Shown here: positions 55,357 through 64,000 of the stretch, piece by piece
Layout of the letters: each line of letters begins with the position of its first letter
How positions within the stretch are numbered: the first letter of the stretch is position 1
IMG/VR virus record: IMGVR_UViG_3300027861_000011
Coordinates: 1-64,000 of that record
Length of the DNA: 64,000 nucleotides
Strand: one strand, 5' to 3'
Origin: a virus
Notes under the pieces: generated by a model
Seen by the model: only the letters and a program-made list of their open reading frames with translations
Told to the model about the DNA's origin: nothing
Databases searched by the model: none
Translations under genes and position numbers: made by a program

Positions 55357-56801
55357 GTACAATAGGAGGTCCAAGATTATCGACAATACCAACATTTCAA
55401 AACACTTATTCAATGGATTTTGATGGGGTGGATGACGTACTTAGTTTAGGAGAAAATTCAACTGTTGGTACAGGTGGTACTAATACTCTTTCGTTTTGGG
55501 TAAAAGGAGGTGCTCAATCAGTTGTAACAATTTCAGATTATCTCTTTAGTAGTTACGGTACTTATAATTGGTGGAAGTATTTTCATGGTCATGATACTAA
55601 TTTATATTGGAGAAATATTAATGGTGTAGCGTTTAATGTAGCTCCAAATGTGTTTGACGGGGATTGGCATAATATAGTGATAATTAGAAATCCTTCTGAT
55701 TTAGTTGATGGGTCATTAAGAATCTACGTAGACAACGGTACACCTTTAGATAGAACTTTAGATTATCGTTATGGTGTTGCTGGGTTTTACAATGGACCTC
55801 TAGGAACAATAGGTAATAATATCACTGCTTCTAGTGGTTTTAATGGTAAGATTGATGAGGTTTCGGTTTGGGACTCTGAAATAACTCCTTCTGATGTATC
55901 TACCATATATAATGGTGGTGCACCTAATGATTTAACTGACCTTTCACCAGACTATTGGTTAAGAAATGGAGATAACGGTTCTTGGAAATCTCCACAATGG
56001 TTACTACCTTCAAATGAGAATAAGGACAAAGTAAGTAATTATAGTTTTCAATTAGATGGAATAAATGACTATATCGATTTAGGGGATAGTGATGATTTTA
56101 GCTTTGGTGATGGTGCAACAGATTCTCCTTTTAGCATTTCTGCTTGGATAAAAATGGATAGTACTTCAGGCTTTAGAATTTTTAATAAGTATTCTGGTTC
56201 AATAAATGAATATCAATTTGGAACTGGTGGTGCTCAAAAATTACAAATGTATATATTTGATAATACAAGCAGTTTTAAATATAGAGCAAGAGTATATAAC
56301 ACAATTTTAAACACAGGACAATGGTATCACGTAGCTACTACATACAGCGGAGTTGGTGGAAGTAATGCTCAGGATGGAATAAAAATATATGTTAATGGAG
56401 TTAGAGTTGATGACTCATCTGTAAGTGGTGGTGCTTATGTTGCTATGGGTAATAAAACAACTCCCGTTTACATAGGGAAATTAGACTCAAGCTACGCTAA
56501 TGGCAATATAGATGAAGTTTCGCTTTTCAATTCAGAACTATCTGCAAGTGATATTACAGATATCTACAACGGTGGAGAACCTACAACACTACCAAGCGGA
56601 GCAGTAGTACATTATAGATTAGGTGAAGAAGCTACTTTTAGCGGTGGAGTTTGGACAGTGCCCGACCAAGTAGGAACTAACGATGGAACCTCTGCAAATA
56701 TGACAATAGAAGACAGAGTAGGAAGCGCTCCTAGCATCTCAAACAACGCTGTAAGTTTCAACATGGATTTAATTGACAGAACTACTGATGTTCCAACATG
56801 A
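55353..56801 (+). CDS. Tandem LamG-domain protein (2 domains)
   Basis: Two 'YS..(F/L)DG.(D/N)D ... G.IDEVS ... IYNGG.P' units. Confidence 0.85.
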   Translation: MSTIGGPRLSTIPTFQNTYSMDFDGVDDVLSLGENSTVGTGGTNTLSFWVKGGAQSVVTISDYLFSSYGTYNWWKYFHGHDTNLYWRNINGVAFNVAPNVFDGDWHNIVIIRNPSDLVDGSLRIYVDNGTPLDRTLDYRYGVAGFYNGPLGTIGNNITASSGFNGKIDEVSVWDSEITPSDVSTIYNGGAPNDLTDLSPDYWLRNGDNGSWKSPQWLLPSNENKDKVSNYSFQLDGINDYIDLGDSDDFSFGDGATDSPFSISAWIKMDSTSGFRIFNKYSGSINEYQFGTGGAQKLQMYIFDNTSSFKYRARVYNTILNTGQWYHVATTYSGVGGSNAQDGIKIYVNGVRVDDSSVSGGAYVAMGNKTTPVYIGKLDSSYANGNIDEVSLFNSELSASDITDIYNGGEPTTLPSGAVVHYRLGEEATFSGGVWTVPDQVGTNDGTSANMTIEDRVGSAPSISNNAVSFNMDLIDRTTDVPT

Positions 56802-56857
56802 TAAAAGATATGTCACATATAACAATAATAATAGAAACTGTTTAATATTTATATTAT

Positions 56858-59101
56858 ATGATAATAACACATAACAATATAATATTGAAAAATGAGGGAA
56901 TTATTTTAAATAAAATTACCACAGTACCACCAACCCCACCTTCTCCTTTCGCTAATACCTATTCGCTAGATTTTGATGGGGTGGATGACTATGTTGACGT
57001 AGGTAATGTTATAGATAAAGATAAATCAAATGCTTTCTCAATTTCTGTATGGATTAATATACCTCTTACTATTTCTAATAACATCATAATAAGTAAAGTA
57101 GAAGATAGAGATAATGGTGGTGCGCTGTCTAAAGGTGCTGTTGGTTATCAGTTATATTTTAATAATACATTGTATTTTAGGTTTCTTTTAGACAGTCATT
57201 TTTCGCATCAAATGTATGTACAAGATGCTAACTATTGGGGTCTTAGTGACGGGTTAATTAATGGGTGGCACCATATTGTAGGAACTTATGACGGTAGTGG
57301 ATTATCTTCGGGTATGACACTATATGTAGACGGATATGATGTATCTTTTAATAGAGTAGACATTGGTACAGGAGATTTTAACAATACAGGAGATTTATAT
57401 GTAGGTGGACAAAATTATAACGGAACTCCTCAATCTTCCTTTAGGGGTAAAATTGATGAACCCTGTATAATACCCACTGAGCTAACTCCAGCAGAAGTAT
57501 TAGACATATATAATGGAATAAGACCTTCTGGTGGTGGAGTAGTAGACGGTAATTGGAATGACGGAACTGGAAAACCTAAAGATATGAGCAGCTATAATTC
57601 TGATTTATGGCTAAGAAATGGAGATAACGGTTCTTGGAAATCTCCACAATGGCTGTTACCTAATAATGAGAATAAAGACAAAGTTTCTAATTATAGCTTT
57701 GATTTTGACGGAATAGATGACAAAGTAACTTTAAGCTCATCTGTTGATTTAGGAATAAACAGTACTATTTCTTTATGGGTTAATTTGGATAGTGGATTTA
57801 ATGGTGTTATAATAGGAGAGACTTCATACGCTGTCCCTTATATCTTATATGTAAGGGAGAACGTTGACTTCGTTGTTAGAATAGATAATGTTTTTAAATA
57901 TTATACACAAATGTCCAATGTTGCAAGTGGTGGATTAGCTTCGGGAAGTTGGAATAACATTGTTATTCAAAGGAGTGGTGATGTAATAGAATGTTTTTTA
58001 AATGGTGTTAGTAAAGGTACTCAAAGTGGTTTTGGAACATCCGTTAATACTTTATTTGACACGTTTGGCGGTGAACCTCCTAACTTATTATATCAAATTG
58101 AAGGCAAAATAGATGAAATAGCGGCTTGGAATACAAATACTATTGACCCAATAGACATCTACAATGGTGGAGAACCTACAACATTACCAAGCGGAGCAAT
58201 CGCACATTACAGAATGGGCGAAGAATCTAACTTCACAAGTAATTGGTTAGTTGATAATTCAGCGTTAGACAATTACAGTAAAAGGAGCTTTGCTTTTGAT
58301 GGATTGGATGACTATATAGATTTAGGTGATATATCTGCTTTAAACAATACGACTAATTTTACTTATTCGGGTTGGTATAAACAACCAATTTTAGACGTAA
58401 GAGGCACTATGTTGAGTAGTGGTTATCTTTCTTCGAATCAAGAATTTATTTTATTTTACACTTGGAATGATGGCCGTATGATTTTACAGATAGGGGACTC
58501 TGGAGTAAACCCTTATGCAAGTTTTGATTATTCATTATATGTAACTGCTGGACAATGGTTTCATTTTGCTTATGTGTACAATGGTAATGGTATTACGGAG
58601 GCTGATAAGGTTCAAATTTATATTAACGGTGCTTCTATTACCTTAACTTTTTCGGGAACTATGCACACCTCAACACCCGTAGGTGCAAATATAACAAAAA
58701 TAAGCTCCACAACGACTGATGCGTGGGGTGGCGGGGTTGACGAAGCAGCCTTTTTTGATTATTCATTAAATGCCACAGAGGTATTATCTATTTACAATGG
58801 TGATGGTGCAGCAACACCTGGAGATTTAACAAGTCTTTCACCAACTAATTGGTGGAGAATGGGCGAAGATGCTTCATTCAACGGTACTGATTGGACTGTA
58901 CCCGACCAAGTTGGGACTAACAATGGTACATCTAACGGAATGATGGTAGATTCTTTAGTAGGTGAAGCACCTAATTATAGTGGTGGTGGTATCTCAAACG
59001 GAATGACTATCGAAGATAGGGTTGGGAATGCACCAAATTCAGATAACAATGCTTTATCCATTAATATGGAGAGAGAAGATAGAGTAGAAGATACACCATA
59101 A
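56858..59101 (+). CDS. Tandem LamG-domain protein (3 domains) with Pro-rich N-terminal linker
   Basis: Three 'S..FDG.DD ... G.(I/V)DE ... IYNG' units; 'VPPTPPSP' linker. Confidence 0.85.
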   Translation: MIITHNNIILKNEGIILNKITTVPPTPPSPFANTYSLDFDGVDDYVDVGNVIDKDKSNAFSISVWINIPLTISNNIIISKVEDRDNGGALSKGAVGYQLYFNNTLYFRFLLDSHFSHQMYVQDANYWGLSDGLINGWHHIVGTYDGSGLSSGMTLYVDGYDVSFNRVDIGTGDFNNTGDLYVGGQNYNGTPQSSFRGKIDEPCIIPTELTPAEVLDIYNGIRPSGGGVVDGNWNDGTGKPKDMSSYNSDLWLRNGDNGSWKSPQWLLPNNENKDKVSNYSFDFDGIDDKVTLSSSVDLGINSTISLWVNLDSGFNGVIIGETSYAVPYILYVRENVDFVVRIDNVFKYYTQMSNVASGGLASGSWNNIVIQRSGDVIECFLNGVSKGTQSGFGTSVNTLFDTFGGEPPNLLYQIEGKIDEIAAWNTNTIDPIDIYNGGEPTTLPSGAIAHYRMGEESNFTSNWLVDNSALDNYSKRSFAFDGLDDYIDLGDISALNNTTNFTYSGWYKQPILDVRGTMLSSGYLSSNQEFILFYTWNDGRMILQIGDSGVNPYASFDYSLYVTAGQWFHFAYVYNGNGITEADKVQIYINGASITLTFSGTMHTSTPVGANITKISSTTTDAWGGGVDEAAFFDYSLNATEVLSIYNGDGAATPGDLTSLSPTNWWRMGEDASFNGTDWTVPDQVGTNNGTSNGMMVDSLVGEAPNYSGGGISNGMTIEDRVGNAPNSDNNALSINMEREDRVEDTP

Positions 59102-59149
59102 AATTACAATAAATATAAATTTTAACATATTTATAATAAAGACAAAAAA

Positions 59150-59410
59150 ATGCATAATACAAAAACATACGCAGTGATTAATTTAACAGACGTTGGATTA
59201 ATCGATTTTTCTCAAGTAGGAGAAACTTCACCATCCACAATTAGAAAGTCATTAGACGACACCCAATTTGTCATTAAATGGCAAGAAGGTTATATACCAA
59301 CATTTATAACAGATTCCTCAGTAGTTCCTGTTGGAACTTATGACCATCATGCGATTTTAGAATTAATGGCAACTTCAGCTTGGAGTTCACCTATTGAAGA
59401 GATAGTTTAA
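59150..59410 (+). CDS. Small hypothetical protein downstream of LamG fibres
   Basis: 86-aa ORF preceded by ATATTTATA at 59127. Confidence 0.7.
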   Translation: MHNTKTYAVINLTDVGLIDFSQVGETSPSTIRKSLDDTQFVIKWQEGYIPTFITDSSVVPVGTYDHHAILELMATSAWSSPIEEIV

Positions 59411-59421
59411 TATTAATAGTT

Positions 59422-60264
59422 ATGAGTGGATGTATAGGGGGTATTAATATCGCTAGTAGATTTATAATTGCACATGAATTGGCAACGGGAGTTGTTATGG
59501 ACAAACATCAACGGAATGCAATAAACGGTTATGTTGAAAGGTTGAGCGGTGTAGGTACGGTATACGGTAATAACCTACTGAATATGTTTATAAAATACGG
59601 AACAACCCTAATGCCATGTTGCCCATCAAATGATTCAACAGCATCAGCCGCTGGTTATCAAATAGATTTATTAAGTGCAACACAACAGGGTGAGTTCTTA
59701 AACTTCTTACCAGAAGATATAACAGTTATGGGTGTGAAAGGTGGGTCATCATCAGCAAAATATTTTAAAACATTTAAGGGTCCAATTGATTACCCTTTAC
59801 TATCTGGATTTGATTTCTTTTATATAAAAGAAACGTGTGCCGTTTCATCAACAGCAACCCATAGAGTATATAGAGATAATACTAATAATACATATCTTGT
59901 ACCAAGACATTTCAGTAACGGTTGGGTATATAGTGTTTTTAATGGTAATTTTGATGCTGGTATTGGTAATGGTAAGGTACACAAAGGTTTATGTGGTCTA
60001 TTAAATAGGGAAGGTGTATTAAAGTCAATGTATGTTGATGGTACTGGAACAAGATGGAGTAATTATGGTGGGTATTCATCTACACCTTACACTAATAATG
60101 GTACGTATTTTAAATTTCATGATGGTTTATGGTTAGGTGAAATTTCTCTATATTCAGTTAGAGCACCAGAATTAACAAATGAACAGATATATGACCTTAT
60201 AGAAGCAACGAATTGGTATCAAGATAACGTATTGTCAAACGCATCAAGAAAATTAGTGATATAA
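59422..60264 (+). CDS. Hypothetical structural protein (possible degenerate lectin fold)
   Basis: 280-aa ORF, aromatic/Gly-rich C-terminal half. Confidence 0.6.
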   Translation: MSGCIGGINIASRFIIAHELATGVVMDKHQRNAINGYVERLSGVGTVYGNNLLNMFIKYGTTLMPCCPSNDSTASAAGYQIDLLSATQQGEFLNFLPEDITVMGVKGGSSSAKYFKTFKGPIDYPLLSGFDFFYIKETCAVSSTATHRVYRDNTNNTYLVPRHFSNGWVYSVFNGNFDAGIGNGKVHKGLCGLLNREGVLKSMYVDGTGTRWSNYGGYSSTPYTNNGTYFKFHDGLWLGEISLYSVRAPELTNEQIYDLIEATNWYQDNVLSNASRKLVI

Positions 60265-60267
60265 ATT

Positions 60268-60453
60268 ATGGAAACAATATTAAAAGTGGATAAAGAAATA
60301 ATATTCTTAGAGAATAATATGAAGTATCAGTCAATTGGTTATTTAGATTTTTTCTACTTCCCTATGGGTATGGAACCAATGTTAGATAAAAGAGGTGTTT
60401 CATATGTTAAATTAGATTATGAGTTTCCAACTGACGACCCATTAGATGTGTAA
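60268..60453 (+). CDS. Small hypothetical protein
   Basis: 61-aa ORF coupled to the upstream gene. Confidence 0.55.
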   Translation: METILKVDKEIIFLENNMKYQSIGYLDFFYFPMGMEPMLDKRGVSYVKLDYEFPTDDPLDV

Positions 60454-60554
60454 TACATTAACTAAATAACGATATAATAGTGTCATTTTAATTAATTCTA
60501 CATATTTATAATAAAATAACATTTAATCTACTGGATAGGGAAAGTAATTAAAGA

Positions 60555-62357
60555 ATGAACGAATTTATAATTAAAAATGGATTTATCTCCAAAGGAGATT
60601 CTGTGGTTAATGGAACCATTTCTGGTGAAACATTTTACGCAACAACAATACCATCAAACGATAATTCACAAACACAAGTATTAGTTAGGAATTCTACCAG
60701 TGGTTTAATAGAATATAGAGACGCATCATCATTAAGTGGTACTCCTGGTACAAATACTTTTGTTACAGGAACCACATTCGGTTCAAATCAGTCTTTAACT
60801 AGAAGAAATGATGGGGCCGATGTTTTAATATTAACTGGTGGTACAAATGTAACTTTATCCAACCCATCTACAAATCAAATTAAAATAGATGTTACCATAC
60901 CATCAGACTCTAATACATTTGTAACAGGTTTTACATACAACGATAATAATACATTTACAATATTTGATAATGATGGTGGTTCATTTCCAGCAACAATAAA
61001 TCAAGTTAGTGGGTTAACAATTAATGGTGATTTAGATGTTACAGGTAATACAACACTTAATACGTTAACAGCTACCAGTATTACATCAAACTCAGCAATA
61101 GATGTGTTTAACGGACATATTAATTTAAGAGATAATTCTTATTTCTTACAAGGTAGAACGGTTGCTGATGATAATGTCTCCTTAATTGGTGTAGATAATC
61201 AAGACAGGGTACTTATTGGTAATGCTGGATATGATACGTATATAGATAGTGATACTATTGTAGATGGTGATACTATTGTAGATGGTATATTGTCAGCACA
61301 AACCGTATTCCTAACAACAACACCAACACTTAATAATTCTGGTACAGATATACTACTTAGAAATAGTACTACTGGTGAAATAGAATATAGACCAGTTAGT
61401 GGTATCACACCAGATTTAAACACATTTGTAACTGGATTTACATATAACGATAATAACACATTCACAATCTCTGATAACGCTGGTTCATCGTTTCCAGCAA
61501 CAATTAATCAAGTTAGTGGGTTAACAGTTAATGGAACATTATCAGCAACCACATTAGATGGTAGTATACTATTAAGTGGTGGAACTAATCTAACCACTAT
61601 AATTGAAAGTTTAGATACTAACACATTTGTTAGTGGTGGTACGTATAATGATACAACAAATAATATTAACTTTAGTGGTAATTCTTTAGAAACTACTTTT
61701 GATGTAGATTTAACTGATTTGGTTAGTTCGGTTAGTGGGGATACTTTTGTTGTTGGGGGAACTTATGTAGATTCTACAAATACTATTGCCTTACTAAGAA
61801 ATGATGGGAACTTTGTAAATGTAACAGGAGTTACTAACACATATGTTACAGGAGGAACTGTTTCTCCAGCAACAGATAACAGTAATGCTGGTTCTATAGG
61901 GTTGTTCTATAAAGATTCTGATGGTATACCTAGAACTCTCCCTTTTGAAGATACATATACATCTGGAACAACATTCGGTAGTAATGAAGCCACATTAACA
62001 AGAAATGATGGAACAGAAATATTTAAATTATCTGGTGGTACAAACGTAACCTTATCTAACCCATCAACAAATCAGATTAAAATAGATGTCACCTCAATAA
62101 GAGAAGTTACTGGTACAACTACCTTCGCAACGGCTAATGAAACTGTAAACTGTACATCTGGGACTTTTATAGTAAATCTACCAACAGCGGTAGGTATTCA
62201 AGGAACTACTTACACATTAGTTAATAGTGGGACTGGAATAATAACATTAGACCCATCTGGGTCAGAAACAATAAATGGGTCATTAACAATTGACTTAAAA
62301 CGACAATACATAAGTAGAACTGTACAATCAAATGGTTCTAACTGGATAGTCATATAA
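60555..62357 (+). CDS. Ser/Thr/Gly-rich fibre-like protein sharing modules with 49473..54638
   Basis: 'MNEFIIKNG' start; 'NTFVTGFTYNDNNTFTI' and 'TLDGSILLSGGTNL' modules; C-terminal 'LPTAVG..G..Y..VN.G...ITL.P.G.ETI.G' domain. Confidence 0.8.
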   Translation: MNEFIIKNGFISKGDSVVNGTISGETFYATTIPSNDNSQTQVLVRNSTSGLIEYRDASSLSGTPGTNTFVTGTTFGSNQSLTRRNDGADVLILTGGTNVTLSNPSTNQIKIDVTIPSDSNTFVTGFTYNDNNTFTIFDNDGGSFPATINQVSGLTINGDLDVTGNTTLNTLTATSITSNSAIDVFNGHINLRDNSYFLQGRTVADDNVSLIGVDNQDRVLIGNAGYDTYIDSDTIVDGDTIVDGILSAQTVFLTTTPTLNNSGTDILLRNSTTGEIEYRPVSGITPDLNTFVTGFTYNDNNTFTISDNAGSSFPATINQVSGLTVNGTLSATTLDGSILLSGGTNLTTIIESLDTNTFVSGGTYNDTTNNINFSGNSLETTFDVDLTDLVSSVSGDTFVVGGTYVDSTNTIALLRNDGNFVNVTGVTNTYVTGGTVSPATDNSNAGSIGLFYKDSDGIPRTLPFEDTYTSGTTFGSNEATLTRNDGTEIFKLSGGTNVTLSNPSTNQIKIDVTSIREVTGTTTFATANETVNCTSGTFIVNLPTAVGIQGTTYTLVNSGTGIITLDPSGSETINGSLTIDLKRQYISRTVQSNGSNWIVI

Positions 62358-62383
62358 TAAAAAGAAATTAAAAATTAAATAAT

Positions 62384-64000
62384 ATGAGTTATACACCACC
62401 ATTAGACGCTGAAGTAACAGCATTCAAAACAACAGCACTGTTAGCAAGTGGGGCAACTTACACCTCATCCGTAGATTGGGATGGGAATGTAGATGGGTAT
62501 TCACAAGTTCAAACAGAAATATTGTCGTCACACGATGGGACAATTGCTATTGATTTTTGTGAAGATGCGGCATTTACTGATGTAGTTAGAAGTTTATCAA
62601 TACCCTATGTAGGTGCAAATGGTTATCAGTTTTTTGCAGCACCCGCTTTTGGAAATTATATAAAGTATGAGTTTACTAGTACAACAACTGGTATGACTGA
62701 TTTTTATTACACAACAAAACTTTTAACAACATCGATAAGTCCTCAATTACTTACAACGGATGCTTTTATTGCACCATCAATGGTAACTACTTTAGGTAGA
62801 AATATACAGGTTGGTACTAACCCTAGCGGCACATTCTCTAATGCAAAGGTTGATGGTGTTGGTTTTCAAACAACAGATAATTTAGTAACTGGTGCCACTT
62901 TTAGTTCTGATGTTATAGACGCACAAGGATATACGCAAGTACAAACACATATTGTAGCCGACCAAGATGGTACGTTAGGGTTTAAATTTTGTTCTACATC
63001 AGATTGTAGTGGAACTACTGTTGGTGTCGATGGGGTAGAAAGATATCTTTCCGTTCCATATACTTCTACCAACGGATTTCAACTCTTTGCAGCACCAGCA
63101 TTTACACCTTACGTTCAATACACTTTTGAAAATACAGGTACAGGGACAACAACACAATTATTTTATGAAACCAAATTATTAACTAAGGCTTTAAGTGGTC
63201 AATTATTGGGTCTTGATGCGTTCATATCTCCAGCGATGGTTGCTAACTTAGGTAGAAATGTTATTGTAGGAGAAAATGACGCTGGTAGTTTTAATAATGT
63301 TACATTAGATAATCAAAATCATTTGAAGGTTAATGTATCTAGCCCGAAAACATCGTATGAGGAATTGGTTATTGCAAATCTTACCCCACTTGCCCAAGTT
63401 ACGTTTCCATACAACATTAATTCTGATATTATTGAAACAACTTTATTAGGTTCGGGTACTGCAACACAGGACGATAATATGGCGGCTATCTCTACAAGTT
63501 CAGCAACAACTGCCACAGAGGGTGCCGCTATTGAAAGTATAAAAACCCTTACATTCAGAGCAGGTCAAGGTACATTAGTAAGGTTCTCATGTTTATTCAC
63601 AGATTTATCACCAAATGGCGCAACAAGTGTTCAAGGTGTTGGTGTTGGTGATTCTTCGGATGGTTATGGGTTTGCTTTTACAGGAGATTCGTTTGGAATC
63701 GATTATAGAACAAATGGGGTACAAACTCATATCCCACAAACGTCTTGGAATACAGATGTACTGGATGGAAGTGGTGGTTCGAACAACCCTTCGGGAATGT
63801 TATTAGACCCAACACAAGGAAATGTATACCAAATCTCTTATGGTAGTGGTTTTGGGTGTATTAATTTCTCAGTTGAATCACAAACAACTGGTGATATGGT
63901 GTTAGTACATATATTACGCTACGCTAATTTAAATATAGTGCCGTCAGCATATAACCCTACATTTCCTATGAGGGCAGAGGTTTTTAAAGATGGTACATCC
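62384..64000 (+). CDS. Partial structural protein (open to window end) with two tandem N-terminal repeats
   Basis: Not in track because no stop falls inside the window. Starts MSYTPPLDAEVTAFK, ends ...PTFPMRAEVFKDGTS in the same frame. Repeat '(Y/F)Q.FAAPAF...Y.TKLLT..S.QLL..DAFI.P.MV..LGRN' occurs twice. Confidence 0.8.
   Translation, partial: MSYTPPLDAEVTAFKTTALLASGATYTSSVDWDGNVDGYSQVQTEILSSHDGTIAIDFCEDAAFTDVVRSLSIPYVGANGYQFFAAPAFGNYIKYEFTSTTTGMTDFYYTTKLLTTSISPQLLTTDAFIAPSMVTTLGRNIQVGTNPSGTFSNAKVDGVGFQTTDNLVTGATFSSDVIDAQGYTQVQTHIVADQDGTLGFKFCSTSDCSGTTVGVDGVERYLSVPYTSTNGFQLFAAPAFTPYVQYTFENTGTGTTTQLFYETKLLTKALSGQLLGLDAFISPAMVANLGRNVIVGENDAGSFNNVTLDNQNHLKVNVSSPKTSYEELVIANLTPLAQVTFPYNINSDIIETTLLGSGTATQDDNMAAISTSSATTATEGAAIESIKTLTFRAGQGTLVRFSCLFTDLSPNGATSVQGVGVGDSSDGYGFAFTGDSFGIDYRTNGVQTHIPQTSWNTDVLDGSGGSNNPSGMLLDPTQGNVYQISYGSGFGCINFSVESQTTGDMVLVHILRYANLNIVPSAYNPTFPMRAEVFKDGTS

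Noticed and set aside
37400-59101. Diversity-generating retroelement (TR/VR pairs in LRR or LamG genes)
   Set aside because: No reverse transcriptase in the window, repeats lie within coding frames, and differences are not adenine-specific.
107-62357. Stop-codon reassignment as in some large Bacteroidota phages
   Set aside because: Genes are full-length under code 11, and TAA, TAG (e.g. 48391) and TGA (e.g. 40537, 56801) all act as ends.
1128-63806. Numerous short opposite-strand or alternate-frame ORFs in the track (e.g. 1128..1403, 3318..3590, 6688..7014, 20547..20924, 25546..25845, 28478..28801, 31909..32118, 53669..54016, 63615..63806)
   Set aside because: Fully nested in long, motif-bearing genes; compositions are typical shadow translations with no independent signals.
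1-64000. tRNA/rRNA genes, integrase or transposase
   Set aside because: No T-loop/D-loop cloverleaf in the intergenic gaps and no recombinase or transposase motifs seen by eye; tRNAscan-SE would confirm.
1-64000. Eukaryotic giant virus (NCLDV) origin suggested by the GT/sulfotransferase load and PolB
   Set aside because: T4-like neck proteins, S74 tail chaperone, PhoH, bacterial-type promoters and terminators, and operonic overlaps point to a tailed bacteriophage.

Overview
AT-rich segment of a large T4-like (neck gp13/gp14/gp15, PolB, PhoH) tailed phage genome. All three stop codons terminate intact ORFs, so code 11 fits. A Bacteroidota host is inferred from A-rich leaders without Shine-Dalgarno, a TAnnTTTG element before polB, and a GT6 resembling Bacteroides BoGT6a. 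Left third (minus strand, 0.1-22.4 kb): a tightly coupled glycan-tailoring island with about 11 glycosyltransferases, Gmd, 4 sulfotransferases and 5 methyltransferases. It includes a GT11 alpha-1,2-fucosyltransferase and a GT6 that could build a blood-group-B-like epitope, and is interleaved with PhoH, an IMPDH/GMP-reductase, dUTPase and two nucleotide-hydrolase folds lacking catalytic Asp residues. 22.5-24.9 kb: small putative internal head proteins, one with a WYL-like domain. 25-64 kb: mostly virion genes (S74-chaperoned fibre, GGxxN-repeat fibre, LRR protein, very large Ser/Thr/Gly-rich fibres, LamG arrays, neck proteins), plus PolB, a SNF2 helicase, glutaredoxin, a J-domain protein and a fifth sulfotransferase. 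A recurrent ATATTTAT motif precedes the late genes. Best candidate system: phage-encoded synthesis of a fucosylated, sulfated and methylated glycan, probably for the virion. All assignments come from motif reading only; no searches were run.
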